Source: an uncultured Clostridia bacterium (GTDB lineage Bacteria; Bacillota; Clostridia; TANB77; CAG-508). Taken from it: a stretch of 64,000 nucleotides of DNA. The notes beneath the pieces were generated by a model, which ran no database searches, was not told where the DNA came from, and saw nothing but the letters and a program-made list of their open reading frames with translations. The stretch spans positions 17,446 through 81,445 of the forward strand of contig CANPZY010000001.1 in NCBI GenBank assembly GCA_947588945.1, in the 5' to 3' direction. The number at the start of each line of letters is the position of its first letter. Position 1 is the first letter of the stretch. The position numbers and the translations under genes were made by a program. Positions 27,871-38,558 of the stretch are shown here, piece after piece.

Positions 27871-29124
27871 ATGCAAGAAATAAAAAGAGATTTTTATTTA
27901 AATAAATTAATAAAAAAAGACGGCAATGGTTTAATAAAGGTAATTACAGGAATAAGAAGGTGTGGAAAATCATATTTATTAGGGAAAATATTCTATGATT
28001 ATTTATTAAAAAATAATAAAAAAGACCATATTATATATATTGCGCTAGATATAAAAGAAAATGAAAAATTAAGAGATGGCAATGAATTTATAAAATATAT
28101 ATATTCATTAATTAAAGATGAAGATAAATATTACATTCTTATTGATGAAATTCAATTAATGAGTGATTTTGTGAGTGTTTTAAATTCTTTTTTATATAAG
28201 AAAAATCTAGAAGTATATGTTACTGGTTCAAATGCTAAGTTATTATCTAAAGACATTGTAACTGAATTTAGAGGTAGAGGAGATGTTATCCATATTTATC
28301 CACTTAGTTTTAAAGAATATATGAGTATATATGATGGAGATAAATATGAAGGATATGATAATTATAGTATTTATGGTGGATTACCATTAACTTTATCTTT
28401 TGATAGTGAAAATGAAAAATCCAAATATTTAAAAGACCTTTTTGAAGAAACATATTTAAATGATATTATAGAACGAAATAGAGTTCAAAATAAAGATGAA
28501 TTAGACGAATTATTAAATGTATTATCATCATCTATGGGATCGTTAACAAATCCATATAAATTATCCAATACATTCAACAGTGAAAAAAATCTGAAAATAT
28601 CTGATAAGACTATAAGCAAATATATTGATTACTTTATTGATGCTTTTATAATTAATAAAGCCGAAAGATATAATATAAGAGGAAAAAAATATATAAATAC
28701 TCCTTACAAATATTATTTTGAAGATATAGGGTTAAGAAATGCAAGATTGAATTTTAGGCAATTAGATGATGGACATACGATGGAAAATATTATATTTACT
28801 GAATTGTTGAGGAGAGAATACAATGTAGATATTGGAGTGGTTGAATTAAATGAAAAAGATATAAACGGAAATAATATTAAACCCCAATATGAAGTAGACT
28901 TTGTCTGCAATCAAGGTAGTAAAAAAATTTATATTCAATCAGCTTATGAAATAAAAAATGATTTAAAAGAACAACAAGAAAGAAAATCTCTTTTAAATAT
29001 TAACGATTCATTTAAGAAAATAATTATTATAAATGGATATTCAAAACCAAGAATTGATGAAAATGGAATAATAACTATGGGTGTATTATATTTTTTACTT
29101 GATGAAAATAGTTTAAATTTATAA
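27871..29124 (+). CDS. AAA+ ATPase of the AAA_14/DUF4143 family
   Basis: 417 aa. Walker A GIRRCGKS, Walker B ILIDEIQ, and a C-terminal DUF4143-like region. Confidence 0.8.
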   Translation: MQEIKRDFYLNKLIKKDGNGLIKVITGIRRCGKSYLLGKIFYDYLLKNNKKDHIIYIALDIKENEKLRDGNEFIKYIYSLIKDEDKYYILIDEIQLMSDFVSVLNSFLYKKNLEVYVTGSNAKLLSKDIVTEFRGRGDVIHIYPLSFKEYMSIYDGDKYEGYDNYSIYGGLPLTLSFDSENEKSKYLKDLFEETYLNDIIERNRVQNKDELDELLNVLSSSMGSLTNPYKLSNTFNSEKNLKISDKTISKYIDYFIDAFIINKAERYNIRGKKYINTPYKYYFEDIGLRNARLNFRQLDDGHTMENIIFTELLRREYNVDIGVVELNEKDINGNNIKPQYEVDFVCNQGSKKIYIQSAYEIKNDLKEQQERKSLLNINDSFKKIIIINGYSKPRIDENGIITMGVLYFLLDENSLNL

Positions 29125-29136
29125 ATTTTATTATAC

Positions 29137-29165
29137 AAAAATAGCCTATCTTATAGGCTATTTTT
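29137..29165. terminator. Bidirectional terminator
   Basis: ATAGCCTAT-ctt-ATAGGCTAT flanked by A5/T5. Confidence 0.65.
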
Positions 29166-29197
29166 GATTACATTATTCTAAATTTATTATTATCTTT

Positions 29198-29377
29198 TTA
29201 GTTAGACTCTTTTTTAGTAATTGCTTTTAGAGCTTTTTCTCTTTCTAGAGTCACAATATGTCCACATTTAGTGCATTTTAATTTAAAGTCAACTCCAATT
29301 CTTGTTATTTCCCAGAGCTTGCTACCACAAGGATGTACTTTTTTAGTTCTTACAATATCCCCAACTTGATATTGCAT
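29198..29377 (-). CDS. DUF951-family protein (YyzM-like), 59 aa
   Basis: Below the ORF-track cutoff. RBS AGGAGGT. Product MQYQVGDIVRTKKVHPCGSKLWEITRIGVDFKLKCTKCGHIVTLEREKALKAITKKESN matches the DUF951 pattern HPCG...W...R.G.D...KC..CGH. Confidence 0.8.
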   Translation of the reverse strand: MQYQVGDIVRTKKVHPCGSKLWEITRIGVDFKLKCTKCGHIVTLEREKALKAITKKESN

Positions 29378-29395
29378 ATTTTACCTCCTAGAATA

Positions 29396-31054
29396 TCATT
29401 TTAATTCATTTTTAGCTTTTTCAAATCTTTTTATAATGCTTTCTTTTCCAAGTACTTTCATTATTTCATACATATCAGGTGTATTAGTTCTTCCTGTTAA
29501 AGCAACTCTTAAAACTGTACTTACATCTCCAACATGTGCTTTATATTTATCTGGATTTGCTTTGAATTCTTTTACTTCTTCTGCATAACCCATTTCACCA
29601 GCAAGAGCTTTTATTTTATTAAACCATTCTTGTTTATCATCATTTTCATCATAATATTTTTCTAAGTATAATGTTAAAATCTTTGTTATGCTTTCTTTGT
29701 CTGATATAACTTGATATGGGTACTCTTGTTTTGCATTTAAAAATTTATTATCAAACATATAAATTATATTTTCTTTAACTTCTGACCATTTTGAAATATC
29801 TTTTCTTGGCTTATTTCCGCCTCTTTCAATTCCAAATATTTTTAGCGAATACTCTTTATTTTTCAACATCTCTGCTAATTCTTCATCATATTCTTTTGCC
29901 CATATTAAAGACTTCTCATAAATTTCTTCTGCTGTCATTCTAGATATAACATTTTTTCCTATATCTAAAAGCTTTACCATATCAAAAAGTGCACCACTTA
30001 CACTCATTTTATTTAAATTAAAATCAAATTCATCTATTGATTTATCTGGATTTGCTTTTCTCCAATTCTCAAAAGTAGAGTTTGCAATATTAAGTAAATA
30101 TTCTTTAACAGCTTGTGGAGGAATCCCCTCTTCTTTATAATATGATACTGCTGCTTCTGGGTCTTTTCTCTTACTTAATTTACGTTTATTGCCATTATCA
30201 TTTTTCATAATTGGTGAAATATGTGCATATTTTGGTGCTTTGAAACCAATTTCATTAAATAATTGTAAATGTATAGGCACTGAAGATAGCCATTCATCAC
30301 TTCTTATTACGTGTGTTGTTCTCATTAAATGGTCATCAACAACATGTGCAAAATGGTAAGTTGGAAGTCCATCTGCTTTTATTATAACAATGTCTTGATC
30401 GTTTTCTGGAAATTCCACAACTCCCTTTATTACATCTTTATATTTTATTTTTCTATCTTCTCTTCCTGGAGATTTAAATCTTATAATATACTTTTCTCCA
30501 TTTTTTATTTTTTCTGCCATTTCTTCTAAGGTAAGATTTCTGCATTTTGCCCAAACGCCATAATATCCAGGTCTAATTTTTGCAGATTCTTGCTTTTTTC
30601 TAATCTCTTCTACTTCTTCTGGTGTGCAAAAACAAGGATATGCTTTTCCTAATTCAATCATATATTTTGCAAAAGCTTGATATATATCTTTTCTTAAAGA
30701 TTGTTTATAAGGACCATATTTCCCTTTTTCCTCTGTATCAGAAATCATCCCTTCGTCTGGTTCCATATCAAAATCTTTAAGAGAATTTACTATATCTGTT
30801 ACTCCATTTTCAACTTCTCTTTTTTGGTCTGTATCTTCAACTCTTAGGAAAAATACTCCTTCTGTTTTCTTTGCGGATTGTATTGCAACTAATGCTTGAT
30901 ATAACCCACCTATATGTACAAATCCAGTAGGACTTGGAGCAAATCTTGTAACTATTGCACCTTCCTTTAAATCTCTTGGTTTATATTTTTCTTCATAAAA
31001 TTCTATAGGTTTTGCATCTGGAAAAATCAAATTTGCTAATTCTTTATAATCCAT
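29396..31054 (-). CDS. gltX: Glutamate--tRNA ligase
   Basis: 552 aa. Class I motifs PSPTGFVHIGG and KLSKRK. Confidence 0.93.
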   Translation of the reverse strand: MDYKELANLIFPDAKPIEFYEEKYKPRDLKEGAIVTRFAPSPTGFVHIGGLYQALVAIQSAKKTEGVFFLRVEDTDQKREVENGVTDIVNSLKDFDMEPDEGMISDTEEKGKYGPYKQSLRKDIYQAFAKYMIELGKAYPCFCTPEEVEEIRKKQESAKIRPGYYGVWAKCRNLTLEEMAEKIKNGEKYIIRFKSPGREDRKIKYKDVIKGVVEFPENDQDIVIIKADGLPTYHFAHVVDDHLMRTTHVIRSDEWLSSVPIHLQLFNEIGFKAPKYAHISPIMKNDNGNKRKLSKRKDPEAAVSYYKEEGIPPQAVKEYLLNIANSTFENWRKANPDKSIDEFDFNLNKMSVSGALFDMVKLLDIGKNVISRMTAEEIYEKSLIWAKEYDEELAEMLKNKEYSLKIFGIERGGNKPRKDISKWSEVKENIIYMFDNKFLNAKQEYPYQVISDKESITKILTLYLEKYYDENDDKQEWFNKIKALAGEMGYAEEVKEFKANPDKYKAHVGDVSTVLRVALTGRTNTPDMYEIMKVLGKESIIKRFEKAKNELK

Positions 31055-31081
31055 ATCTTTATCTCCTAACCTCTTTTTTTA

Positions 31082-32926
31082 TTATAATTCCATTATTATA
31101 GGTAAAATCATAGGATTTCTCTTTGTTTTATCAAATATAAAATCTCTAACATCATCTTTTAATGTTGATTTAATTATACTCCAATCTTTTACATGTCTTT
31201 CTTCTAAGTCTCTTATTTCTTCTCTAATAAATGATTTTACTTGCTCCATAAGATTTTCAGATTCTCTAACATATACAAATCCTCTTGAGATTACATCTGG
31301 GCCTGCAACAATTTCGCCAGTTACATTGTTCATTGTCATTACAATTACAATTAAACCATCTTGTGATAAATGTTGTCTATCTCTTAAAACTACATTTCCT
31401 ACATCTCCTACACCTAATCCATCTACCATTACTCTGCCTGATGGTACAGTTCCACCTAGTTTTGCTTCATCTTGATTTAATTCTATTTCTCTACCATTAT
31501 TTGCAATAAATATATTTTCTTTAGGTATTCCCATTTCCATTGCTGTATCTCTATGTGCAATTAACTGTCTATATTCTCCATGTACTGGTATAAAATATTT
31601 TGGTCTTGTTAATGCCATAATAAGTTTTTGTTCCTCTTGACAAGCATGTCCAGAAACGTGAACATCTGCAAGTGTATTATACACAACTTCTGCACCAATC
31701 TTCAATAATTTATCTATTACTTTAGAAACATTTTTTTCATTTCCCGGAATTGGGTTAGCTGAAATTATAATTAAATCATTTCCTGTAATTGTAATTTTTC
31801 TATGCTCTCCATTTGCCATCCTTGTTAAGGCTGACATTGTTTCTCCTTGACTTCCTGTTGTAATAATTACTAATTGACTATCTGTATAGTTTTTTATTAA
31901 ATCAATATCAATAAATAAATCATCTGGCGCATCAATATAATTTAATTCTCTAGCAGCATCAATCATATTCATCATACTTCTTCCTGATACTGCAATTTTT
32001 CTTCCAAACTTAACAGCTGAATTCACAATTTGTTGAACTCTGTGTACATTTGATGCAAATGTTGCAACAACTATTCTTTTTTTGCATCCTTCAAATAAGT
32101 TATCAAATACTGGCCCTACAGATTTTTCGGATAATGTAAATCCCTTTCTTTCAGCATTTGTACTATCTGATAAAAGAGCTAAAACTCCTTCATTTCCTAA
32201 CTCTGCTAATCTTCCTAAATCCATCATCTGACCATCAATTGGTGTATAATCTACTTTAAAATCACCTGTATGAACCACTGTCCCAACTGGTGAATGAATT
32301 GCAAGCATTACTGCATCTGGTATACTATGCGAACTTCTCAAAAATTCTACACTCATTTTTCCTAAATTTATAGTTTTACCTTGCTCAACAATGTGTATTT
32401 TAGTTGTTTTTAATAAGTTATGTTCCTCAAGTTTGTGCTCAATTAATTTAGCTGTTAATCTAGTTGCATAAATTGGCATATTTACTTGTTGTAATACATA
32501 AGGTATAGAACCTATATGATCCTCATGACCATGAGTAATTACTAAGCCTTTAATTTTCTCTTTGTTTCTTACTAAATATGTTACATCTGGAATAACTAAG
32601 TCAACTCCAAGCATATCATCTTCTGGAAATTCTAATCCACAATCTACAAGTACAATTTCATCTTCATATTCAAACACTGTAATGTTCTTTCCAATTTCAT
32701 CAAGTCCACCTAAAGCAATTACCTTTAAATTGCTAGGTTTAAATTTAAAATCTAATATAGATTTATTACTTCCTTGCACTTTTCTACTCTTGTATTTTTC
32801 TTTATAATGTTCATTGTTTTTGTTTTCTTTGCTAATTAAAGATTTATGTGTTGTTTTTCTTCTTTTTTCTGTAACAACATTTTTTCTTTTAGTAGCCTTA
32901 AAATTATCCTTTTGTTTTTCTTCCAT
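31082..32926 (-). CDS. rnj: Ribonuclease J
   Basis: 614 aa. Basic N-terminal extension, metallo-beta-lactamase motif ITHGHEDHIG, and beta-CASP plus C-terminal domain. Confidence 0.93.
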   Translation of the reverse strand: MEEKQKDNFKATKRKNVVTEKRRKTTHKSLISKENKNNEHYKEKYKSRKVQGSNKSILDFKFKPSNLKVIALGGLDEIGKNITVFEYEDEIVLVDCGLEFPEDDMLGVDLVIPDVTYLVRNKEKIKGLVITHGHEDHIGSIPYVLQQVNMPIYATRLTAKLIEHKLEEHNLLKTTKIHIVEQGKTINLGKMSVEFLRSSHSIPDAVMLAIHSPVGTVVHTGDFKVDYTPIDGQMMDLGRLAELGNEGVLALLSDSTNAERKGFTLSEKSVGPVFDNLFEGCKKRIVVATFASNVHRVQQIVNSAVKFGRKIAVSGRSMMNMIDAARELNYIDAPDDLFIDIDLIKNYTDSQLVIITTGSQGETMSALTRMANGEHRKITITGNDLIIISANPIPGNEKNVSKVIDKLLKIGAEVVYNTLADVHVSGHACQEEQKLIMALTRPKYFIPVHGEYRQLIAHRDTAMEMGIPKENIFIANNGREIELNQDEAKLGGTVPSGRVMVDGLGVGDVGNVVLRDRQHLSQDGLIVIVMTMNNVTGEIVAGPDVISRGFVYVRESENLMEQVKSFIREEIRDLEERHVKDWSIIKSTLKDDVRDFIFDKTKRNPMILPIIMEL

Positions 32927-33250
32927 TTTTAATTATGATATATTTTCTCTCTAATATATCACTTTCTCCTTTCTATAATTTAAATTGATTTTTAATACAA
33001 TACATCTAAATTAAGATAGTTTTTATAATAAACTATCTAATATTTTAATATTTATAGCTCTCTTTTGCTATGTACTATTTTTATTCTCTCTTATTTCTTA
33101 AATATATTTTAAAAATCTCTTCTTTATCCATTTGGATAACAACTTTATTTATTATACTATAAATAGTATCAAATGTCAATAATTACTAATTTTTACTTGG
33201 TATAATTTCATAAAAAATTGCTTTGAATATTCAAAGCAATTTTTCATTTT

Positions 33251-33451
33251 TTAATTACTTTCTTTTTTTAACCTTTCCGCATAAGCCTTAGCCATACCTT
33301 CCCCTTGATAAATATCTTGTAAAATCATAGATTCTTGTAATTGAGATCTTCTTTTTGAAGATATAAATATTAAACTCGTTGAAAGCAGTATTAATATAAA
33401 TAATACTGTTACTAATACTATTAAAGTTACAGAACCTTTTTCTCTTTTCAT
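33251..33451 (-). CDS. Hypothetical small membrane protein (66 aa)
   Basis: The N-terminus KGSVTLIVLVTVLFILILL resembles a pseudopilin/PilX-type leader. The RBS is weak. Confidence 0.35.
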   Translation of the reverse strand: MKREKGSVTLIVLVTVLFILILLSTSLIFISSKRRSQLQESMILQDIYQGEGMAKAYAERLKKESN

Positions 33452-33544
33452 AATAATATCAATTCCTTTCTTATTACGTTTAGTAATTATATATAGAATT
33501 AAAAGATTACACTCTTTTAAATTCTTATTCCCTTTTCATTTTTT

Positions 33545-35758
33545 CTATGCTTTCTTTTTAACTGATTTACTTTTAGGTGATTTTGTTGATGTACTAGTTT
33601 TATTGTCTGATTTTTTCTTAGATACGATACTTTTTGTCTCTTTCTTTGTTGATATCGTCTTTTTAGTTGTTGTCGTTTTCTTCTTTCTTGCTTTTTTTCT
33701 TGCATATCTTTTTGCATTTTTCTCTTTTTGATTTTCTTTCTCAATTTCTGGAGTCCATTTTTCTCCAAGCTTTGGTTTATCCCAAGATATATAATTGCAA
33801 GGATTTGGATTATCTTTATTATTATTTTTGCAAATATAATAATTTTTTCCACGTTTTGTTTTTCTTACAAAAACTTCTGCACCACATACAGGGCATGGTA
33901 CATCTATTTTTTCGGCAAATGGAATAATATTTCTACAATCAGGGTATCCTGGACAAGCTAAAAATTTTCCGTATCTACCATATTTTACGACCATCATTCT
34001 TCCGCATTTTTCACATTTTATATCTGTTACTTCATCTTCTAATTTAACATGTTCAAGTTGTTCGTTTGCCTTATCAAGTTCTTCTTTAAATGGTGCATAA
34101 AACTCTCTTATTACTGCTTTCCAACTTTCATTACCTTCAGCAATTTTATCAAAACTATTTTCTATATCTGCTGTAAATTCAACGTTTATAATATCCTTAA
34201 AATTTTCTATTAATAGTTTATTTACTACCTTACCTAACTCAGTTGGAACAAGCTGTTTTTGTTCCTTTTCTATATATCTTCTATCTATAATAGTTGAAAT
34301 AATAGTTGCATACGTACTTGGTCTTCCTATTCCTTTTTCTTCAAGAGTCTTTACAAGACTTGCTTCTGTATATCTTGGTGGTGGTTCTGTAAAACTCTGT
34401 TTTGGTTCTATACTTTCTTCTTTTACTTCTTCTCCAACTTCTAAATTTGGTACACTTGATTCATCATCTTCGTTTGAATTTTCATCTCTATCTTCAACAT
34501 ATAATGTCATAAAACCTTTAAACTTAAGTGTTTGTCCATTTGCTCTAAAATTAAATACTTCTTTTTCTTTATTTACGTCAATATTTGCTGTAATAGTATC
34601 AAATATTGCAGCTGACATTTGACTTGCAATAAATCTATTATAAATTAATCTATAAAGTTTATATTGATCTGGATTTAAAACATCTTTAACCTTTTCTGGT
34701 GTAAGTTCAATATAGGTTGGTCTTATGCCTTCATGTGCATCTTGAGCTCCTGACTTTGTTTTATAATATCTATTTTCATAATATTCTTTGCCATACACTG
34801 CTGTAATATGTGACTTAGCTGCACTTCTTGCTTCTTCTGAAATTCTAGTTGAATCTGTTCTCATATAAGTAATTAATCCAACTGTACCTTTTTCTGGAAC
34901 ATTAACTCCTTCATAAAGCCCTTGTGCTACATTCATTGTTTTTCTAATTGGAAATCCTAGCTTTCTTGATGCTTCTTGTTGCATTGTACTTGTTGTAAAT
35001 GGTGGAGCTGGCGTTCTTTTCTTTTCTCCTTTTTTTACATCAGTAACAATATATTTTCCATTTTCAATTTTATTTAAGATTTCTTTTACTTCTTTTTCAT
35101 TATGAAGTTCTATTTTCTTTCCATCTTTTCCATATAATTTTGCTATAAATTTTTCGTTTTTCTTTAATAGTTTAACATATATATTCCAATATTCTTCTGG
35201 TACAAATTTTTCAATTTCATTTTCTCTATCAACAATTAATTTAACTGCAACTGATTGGACACGACCTGCAGATAACCCTCTTTTTACTTTTTTCCAAAGA
35301 ATTGGACTAATTTGATAACCTACAATTCTATCAAGTACTCTTCTTGCTTGCTGTGCATCAGTTAAGTTTATATCTATAGTTCTAGGTTCTTTTATTGATT
35401 TTTTTACAGTTTCCTTTGTTATTTCATTAAATGTAACTCTACAAACTGAATCTTTTGGTATTCCTAAAATATATGCTAAATGAAAAGCTATTGCTTCCCC
35501 TTCACGATCAGGGTCTGTTGCAAGATATACTATTTTTGCATCTTTCGCATCTTTTTTCAATGAATTTATTAGACTTGCTTTTCCTCTAATGTTAATATAT
35601 TCAGGTTCAAAATCATGCTCAATGTCAACTCCTAATTTTGATTTAGGCAAGTCTCTAACATGCCCCATTGAAGCAACTACTTTATAATCATTTCCTAAAA
35701 ATTTTTTTATAGTATTAGCTTTTGCTGGTGATTCTACAATAATTAATTTGTTTGCCAT
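33545..35758 (-). CDS. topA: DNA topoisomerase I
   Basis: 737 aa. Toprim motif IVESPAKA, active-site ITYMRTDS, Cys4 zinc ribbons and a Lys-rich tail. Confidence 0.95.
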   Translation of the reverse strand: MANKLIIVESPAKANTIKKFLGNDYKVVASMGHVRDLPKSKLGVDIEHDFEPEYINIRGKASLINSLKKDAKDAKIVYLATDPDREGEAIAFHLAYILGIPKDSVCRVTFNEITKETVKKSIKEPRTIDINLTDAQQARRVLDRIVGYQISPILWKKVKRGLSAGRVQSVAVKLIVDRENEIEKFVPEEYWNIYVKLLKKNEKFIAKLYGKDGKKIELHNEKEVKEILNKIENGKYIVTDVKKGEKKRTPAPPFTTSTMQQEASRKLGFPIRKTMNVAQGLYEGVNVPEKGTVGLITYMRTDSTRISEEARSAAKSHITAVYGKEYYENRYYKTKSGAQDAHEGIRPTYIELTPEKVKDVLNPDQYKLYRLIYNRFIASQMSAAIFDTITANIDVNKEKEVFNFRANGQTLKFKGFMTLYVEDRDENSNEDDESSVPNLEVGEEVKEESIEPKQSFTEPPPRYTEASLVKTLEEKGIGRPSTYATIISTIIDRRYIEKEQKQLVPTELGKVVNKLLIENFKDIINVEFTADIENSFDKIAEGNESWKAVIREFYAPFKEELDKANEQLEHVKLEDEVTDIKCEKCGRMMVVKYGRYGKFLACPGYPDCRNIIPFAEKIDVPCPVCGAEVFVRKTKRGKNYYICKNNNKDNPNPCNYISWDKPKLGEKWTPEIEKENQKEKNAKRYARKKARKKKTTTTKKTISTKKETKSIVSKKKSDNKTSTSTKSPKSKSVKKKA

Positions 35759-35906
35759 TATTATTTACCTTGTCTTATTATTTAGGTTTTTAAGGTTTTA
35801 CCTATAAACCTTTAATATGATAATATTTTTTGCTTTGATTTTTTATTTATACTTATTTTATTAAAATCTTTACTATTTTAACTTATAATAATTTTTTTTG
35901 CAAGTT

Positions 35907-37031
35907 TTACTTATATTCATATATCACATTTTTTATTTCTTCATAAATCCTATCTTCTGCATTATACACAGCCATCTTATTTGCCGATTTACCCATTTTA
36001 TCAAGTAATGTATTATTATTTACTATACTACTAATTTCTTTATTTAAATTATCTCCATTTAAATCATTATTTAATATTACTTTAGCAGCTCCTCTTTTTT
36101 CAAATACTCTTGCATTATCTTCTTGTCTATTTGATGAACTACTTGGTAATGGGACAAATATAGCTGGTTTTCCCATTATTGCAAGTTCTGTTAATGTCAT
36201 TGCTCCACTTCTTGCAACTATAAGATTAGACATGCTCAAAATTTCTGTTATATTATATATATATGGACAAATTTTTATATTTTGCAAATTATCTATATCA
36301 AATCCTGCTTCTTTAAGTTCTTGCTTAACTCCTTCATATTGTTCCTGTCCCGTTGCTAAAAGTAATTGATAATTAGTATTTAATTTCTTTTTTGCAATTT
36401 CTACAACTGCATTATTTATAGCTTTAGCTCCTTGACTACCACCAAAAGCAAAAACTAAAGGCAATTCTTGATTTAATTTTAATTCACTTCTTATTTTATT
36501 TTTTTCATTTTCTGATAAACTAATTTGCTTTACTTTTGTAGGAGTTCCTGTATATACTAATCTTTTAGCATTTTTTAAATTATTTTTTGCTTCTTCTATT
36601 CCTAATAAAATTGTATCTGTTTTTTTTGCTAACATTTTTACAGCCAAACCTGGATAAGCATTACTTTCATGTAACATCGTGGGAATCTTTAATTTATGTG
36701 CAGATGATATAACTGCTCCACAAATATAACCACCTGTACCAATTACAATATCTGGTTTAAATTCTTTCAATATTTTTTCTGCTTCTTTAAATCCTTTTAA
36801 GGTTTTTATTGTTTTCTTTATGCTTTCCAAACTTAATTTTCTACTAAATCCATAAGCATTTATTGCTTTTAATTCATATCCTGCTCTTGAAATTAAATCC
36901 TTCTCTAATTTTTTTCCAGTACCTATAAAAATAATTTCAGAATCTGGTTCTTCTTCTTTAATTTTATTTGCTATTGCTATTCCTGGATTTATATGTCCAC
37001 CTGTACCAGCAGCTGCAATTACTACTCTCAA
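35907..37031 (-). CDS. murG: UDP-N-acetylglucosamine--LPS/lipid I N-acetylglucosamine transferase MurG
   Basis: 374 aa with AAGTGGHINPG and a C-terminal GT28 domain. Confidence 0.93.
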   Translation of the reverse strand: MRVVIAAAGTGGHINPGIAIANKIKEEEPDSEIIFIGTGKKLEKDLISRAGYELKAINAYGFSRKLSLESIKKTIKTLKGFKEAEKILKEFKPDIVIGTGGYICGAVISSAHKLKIPTMLHESNAYPGLAVKMLAKKTDTILLGIEEAKNNLKNAKRLVYTGTPTKVKQISLSENEKNKIRSELKLNQELPLVFAFGGSQGAKAINNAVVEIAKKKLNTNYQLLLATGQEQYEGVKQELKEAGFDIDNLQNIKICPYIYNITEILSMSNLIVARSGAMTLTELAIMGKPAIFVPLPSSSSNRQEDNARVFEKRGAAKVILNNDLNGDNLNKEISSIVNNNTLLDKMGKSANKMAVYNAEDRIYEEIKNVIYEYK

Positions 37032-37102
37032 AACATCTTCTCCTTTAAAAATATTTTTAGAATTTCTTTTTATTTTTTATGTTGTAAATATTACTTTTTT
37101 TA

Positions 37103-38362
37103 TTAAATTTTTTTAGCTGTTCGCGAAATATTTAGTACGACTCCTATACTAGCTAATAATATTATCAAAGAACTTCCACCATAACTCAAAAATGGAAGTG
37201 ATATTCCCGTATTTGGAATTGTATTAGTTACAACAGCTATATTAAATAATACTTGTATTGCAATCTGTGCTATTATTCCTGTTACAAGCAAACTTCCAAA
37301 CATATCTTCTGCTCTAATTGCAATTAATATTCCTCTTATAACTAATATTGCAAAAAGTGCTATTACTAAAAAACAACCTACAAATCCTAATTCTTCAGCA
37401 AGTATTGCAAAAATAAAGTCGTTGTGTGCTTCTGGTATGTATAAATATTTTTGTTTACTCTTTCCAAGCCCTACTCCAAATAGTCCTCCAGAACCTATTG
37501 CATACAATCCTTGCACTGTTTGATATGATGTTCCGCTTATATCTTCCCATGGATGAAGCCATGCTACAATTCTGTCTGATCTAAATCCTCCAGATATTTT
37601 GTCTTTAAATATAGCTAATGCTCCTACCAATCCCATGCAAGCAAATCCTGCCATTTCTGCTAGATACTTTAATTGACAACCACTTATAATTATCATTATT
37701 AATGAAAATAATCCTATAATAATTCCCGCACTTAAGTGGTTTTGAACTTTATATAATATAAATATTGGTATTGCTACTGCTATTATTGGCTTTAAACAAC
37801 CACCCCAAAGACTGTCAGTTTTATTTTTGCTGTCTGTAAAATATCCTGCTAAATAAATAATCAGTCCGATTTTCGTAATTTCTGATGGTTGCATTTGAAC
37901 GCCTATATAAATCCATCTTCTAGCACCTGCTGTTTCTCTTCCTAATGGAGTTAAAACTGAAAGTAAAATTAAAACTGAAAACCAATATATTAATTTATAA
38001 AACTTTTTATATATTTTATAATCAACCTTTGATAAAAATATCATCACTACTAAACCAAGTATTGCTGCTATACCTTGCATTTTTACATAGCTATAAACTT
38101 TTCCTGTTTCAGCTAATGATGATGGAGCACTAGCAGAAAGAACCATAACAATTCCAAATGCAACTAATATAAGAACTACTATAAGTAATGGCATATCAAT
38201 TCTATTTGGAAGCTTAAATTGTGCTATTTTACTAACAGTTGATGTTGCTCTAATATTTTGCACATTTCTTTTAGCTTTTTGACTTTTAGTATTTCTCACA
38301 TTATTAATATTGCTTGCTCTTCTAGAAGTTTGCTTTGTGTTCATACTTTTCTTCTGCATCAT
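37103..38362 (-). CDS. ftsW: SEDS-family protein FtsW/SpoVE
   Basis: 419 aa, about 10 TM segments, with motifs PSEITK and LPFLSYGGSS. The N-terminal extension is basic. Confidence 0.9.
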   Translation of the reverse strand: MMQKKSMNTKQTSRRASNINNVRNTKSQKAKRNVQNIRATSTVSKIAQFKLPNRIDMPLLIVVLILVAFGIVMVLSASAPSSLAETGKVYSYVKMQGIAAILGLVVMIFLSKVDYKIYKKFYKLIYWFSVLILLSVLTPLGRETAGARRWIYIGVQMQPSEITKIGLIIYLAGYFTDSKNKTDSLWGGCLKPIIAVAIPIFILYKVQNHLSAGIIIGLFSLIMIIISGCQLKYLAEMAGFACMGLVGALAIFKDKISGGFRSDRIVAWLHPWEDISGTSYQTVQGLYAIGSGGLFGVGLGKSKQKYLYIPEAHNDFIFAILAEELGFVGCFLVIALFAILVIRGILIAIRAEDMFGSLLVTGIIAQIAIQVLFNIAVVTNTIPNTGISLPFLSYGGSSLIILLASIGVVLNISRTAKKI

Positions 38363-38437
38363 TACTCCTTTCTCAAAAATACTTTACTTTAATATAAAAA
38401 TTTATTAGCTCACATTTCTTTATTTATATTTATATTT

Positions 38438-38545
38438 TTATCTTTATTCTTTATATTTCTATTTTTTGTTTTATCTTTATTTTTTATATTTCTTTTTCTA
38501 TTTTTTATCTTATCTTTATTTTTTATATTTCTTTTTCTATTTCTA
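38438..38545. repeat. AT-rich tandem repeat (about 3 units of 33-39 bp) between mraY and ftsW
   Basis: The 33-mer TTATCTTTATTTTTTATATTTCTTTTTCTATTT is identical at 38471-38503 and 38510-38542. A diverged unit starts at 38438. Confidence 0.8.
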
Positions 38546-38558
38546 TTTTATTTATATT

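Noticed and set aside
33517-33852. 111-aa K/R/Q-rich ORF overlapping the 3' end of topA
   Set aside because: It is an alternative frame of the Lys-rich topA tail, and topA itself is full length and intact. Other plus-strand shadow ORFs in the track (for example 5934-6353, 7475-7816, 11774-12136 and 58984-59403) were rejected for the same reason.
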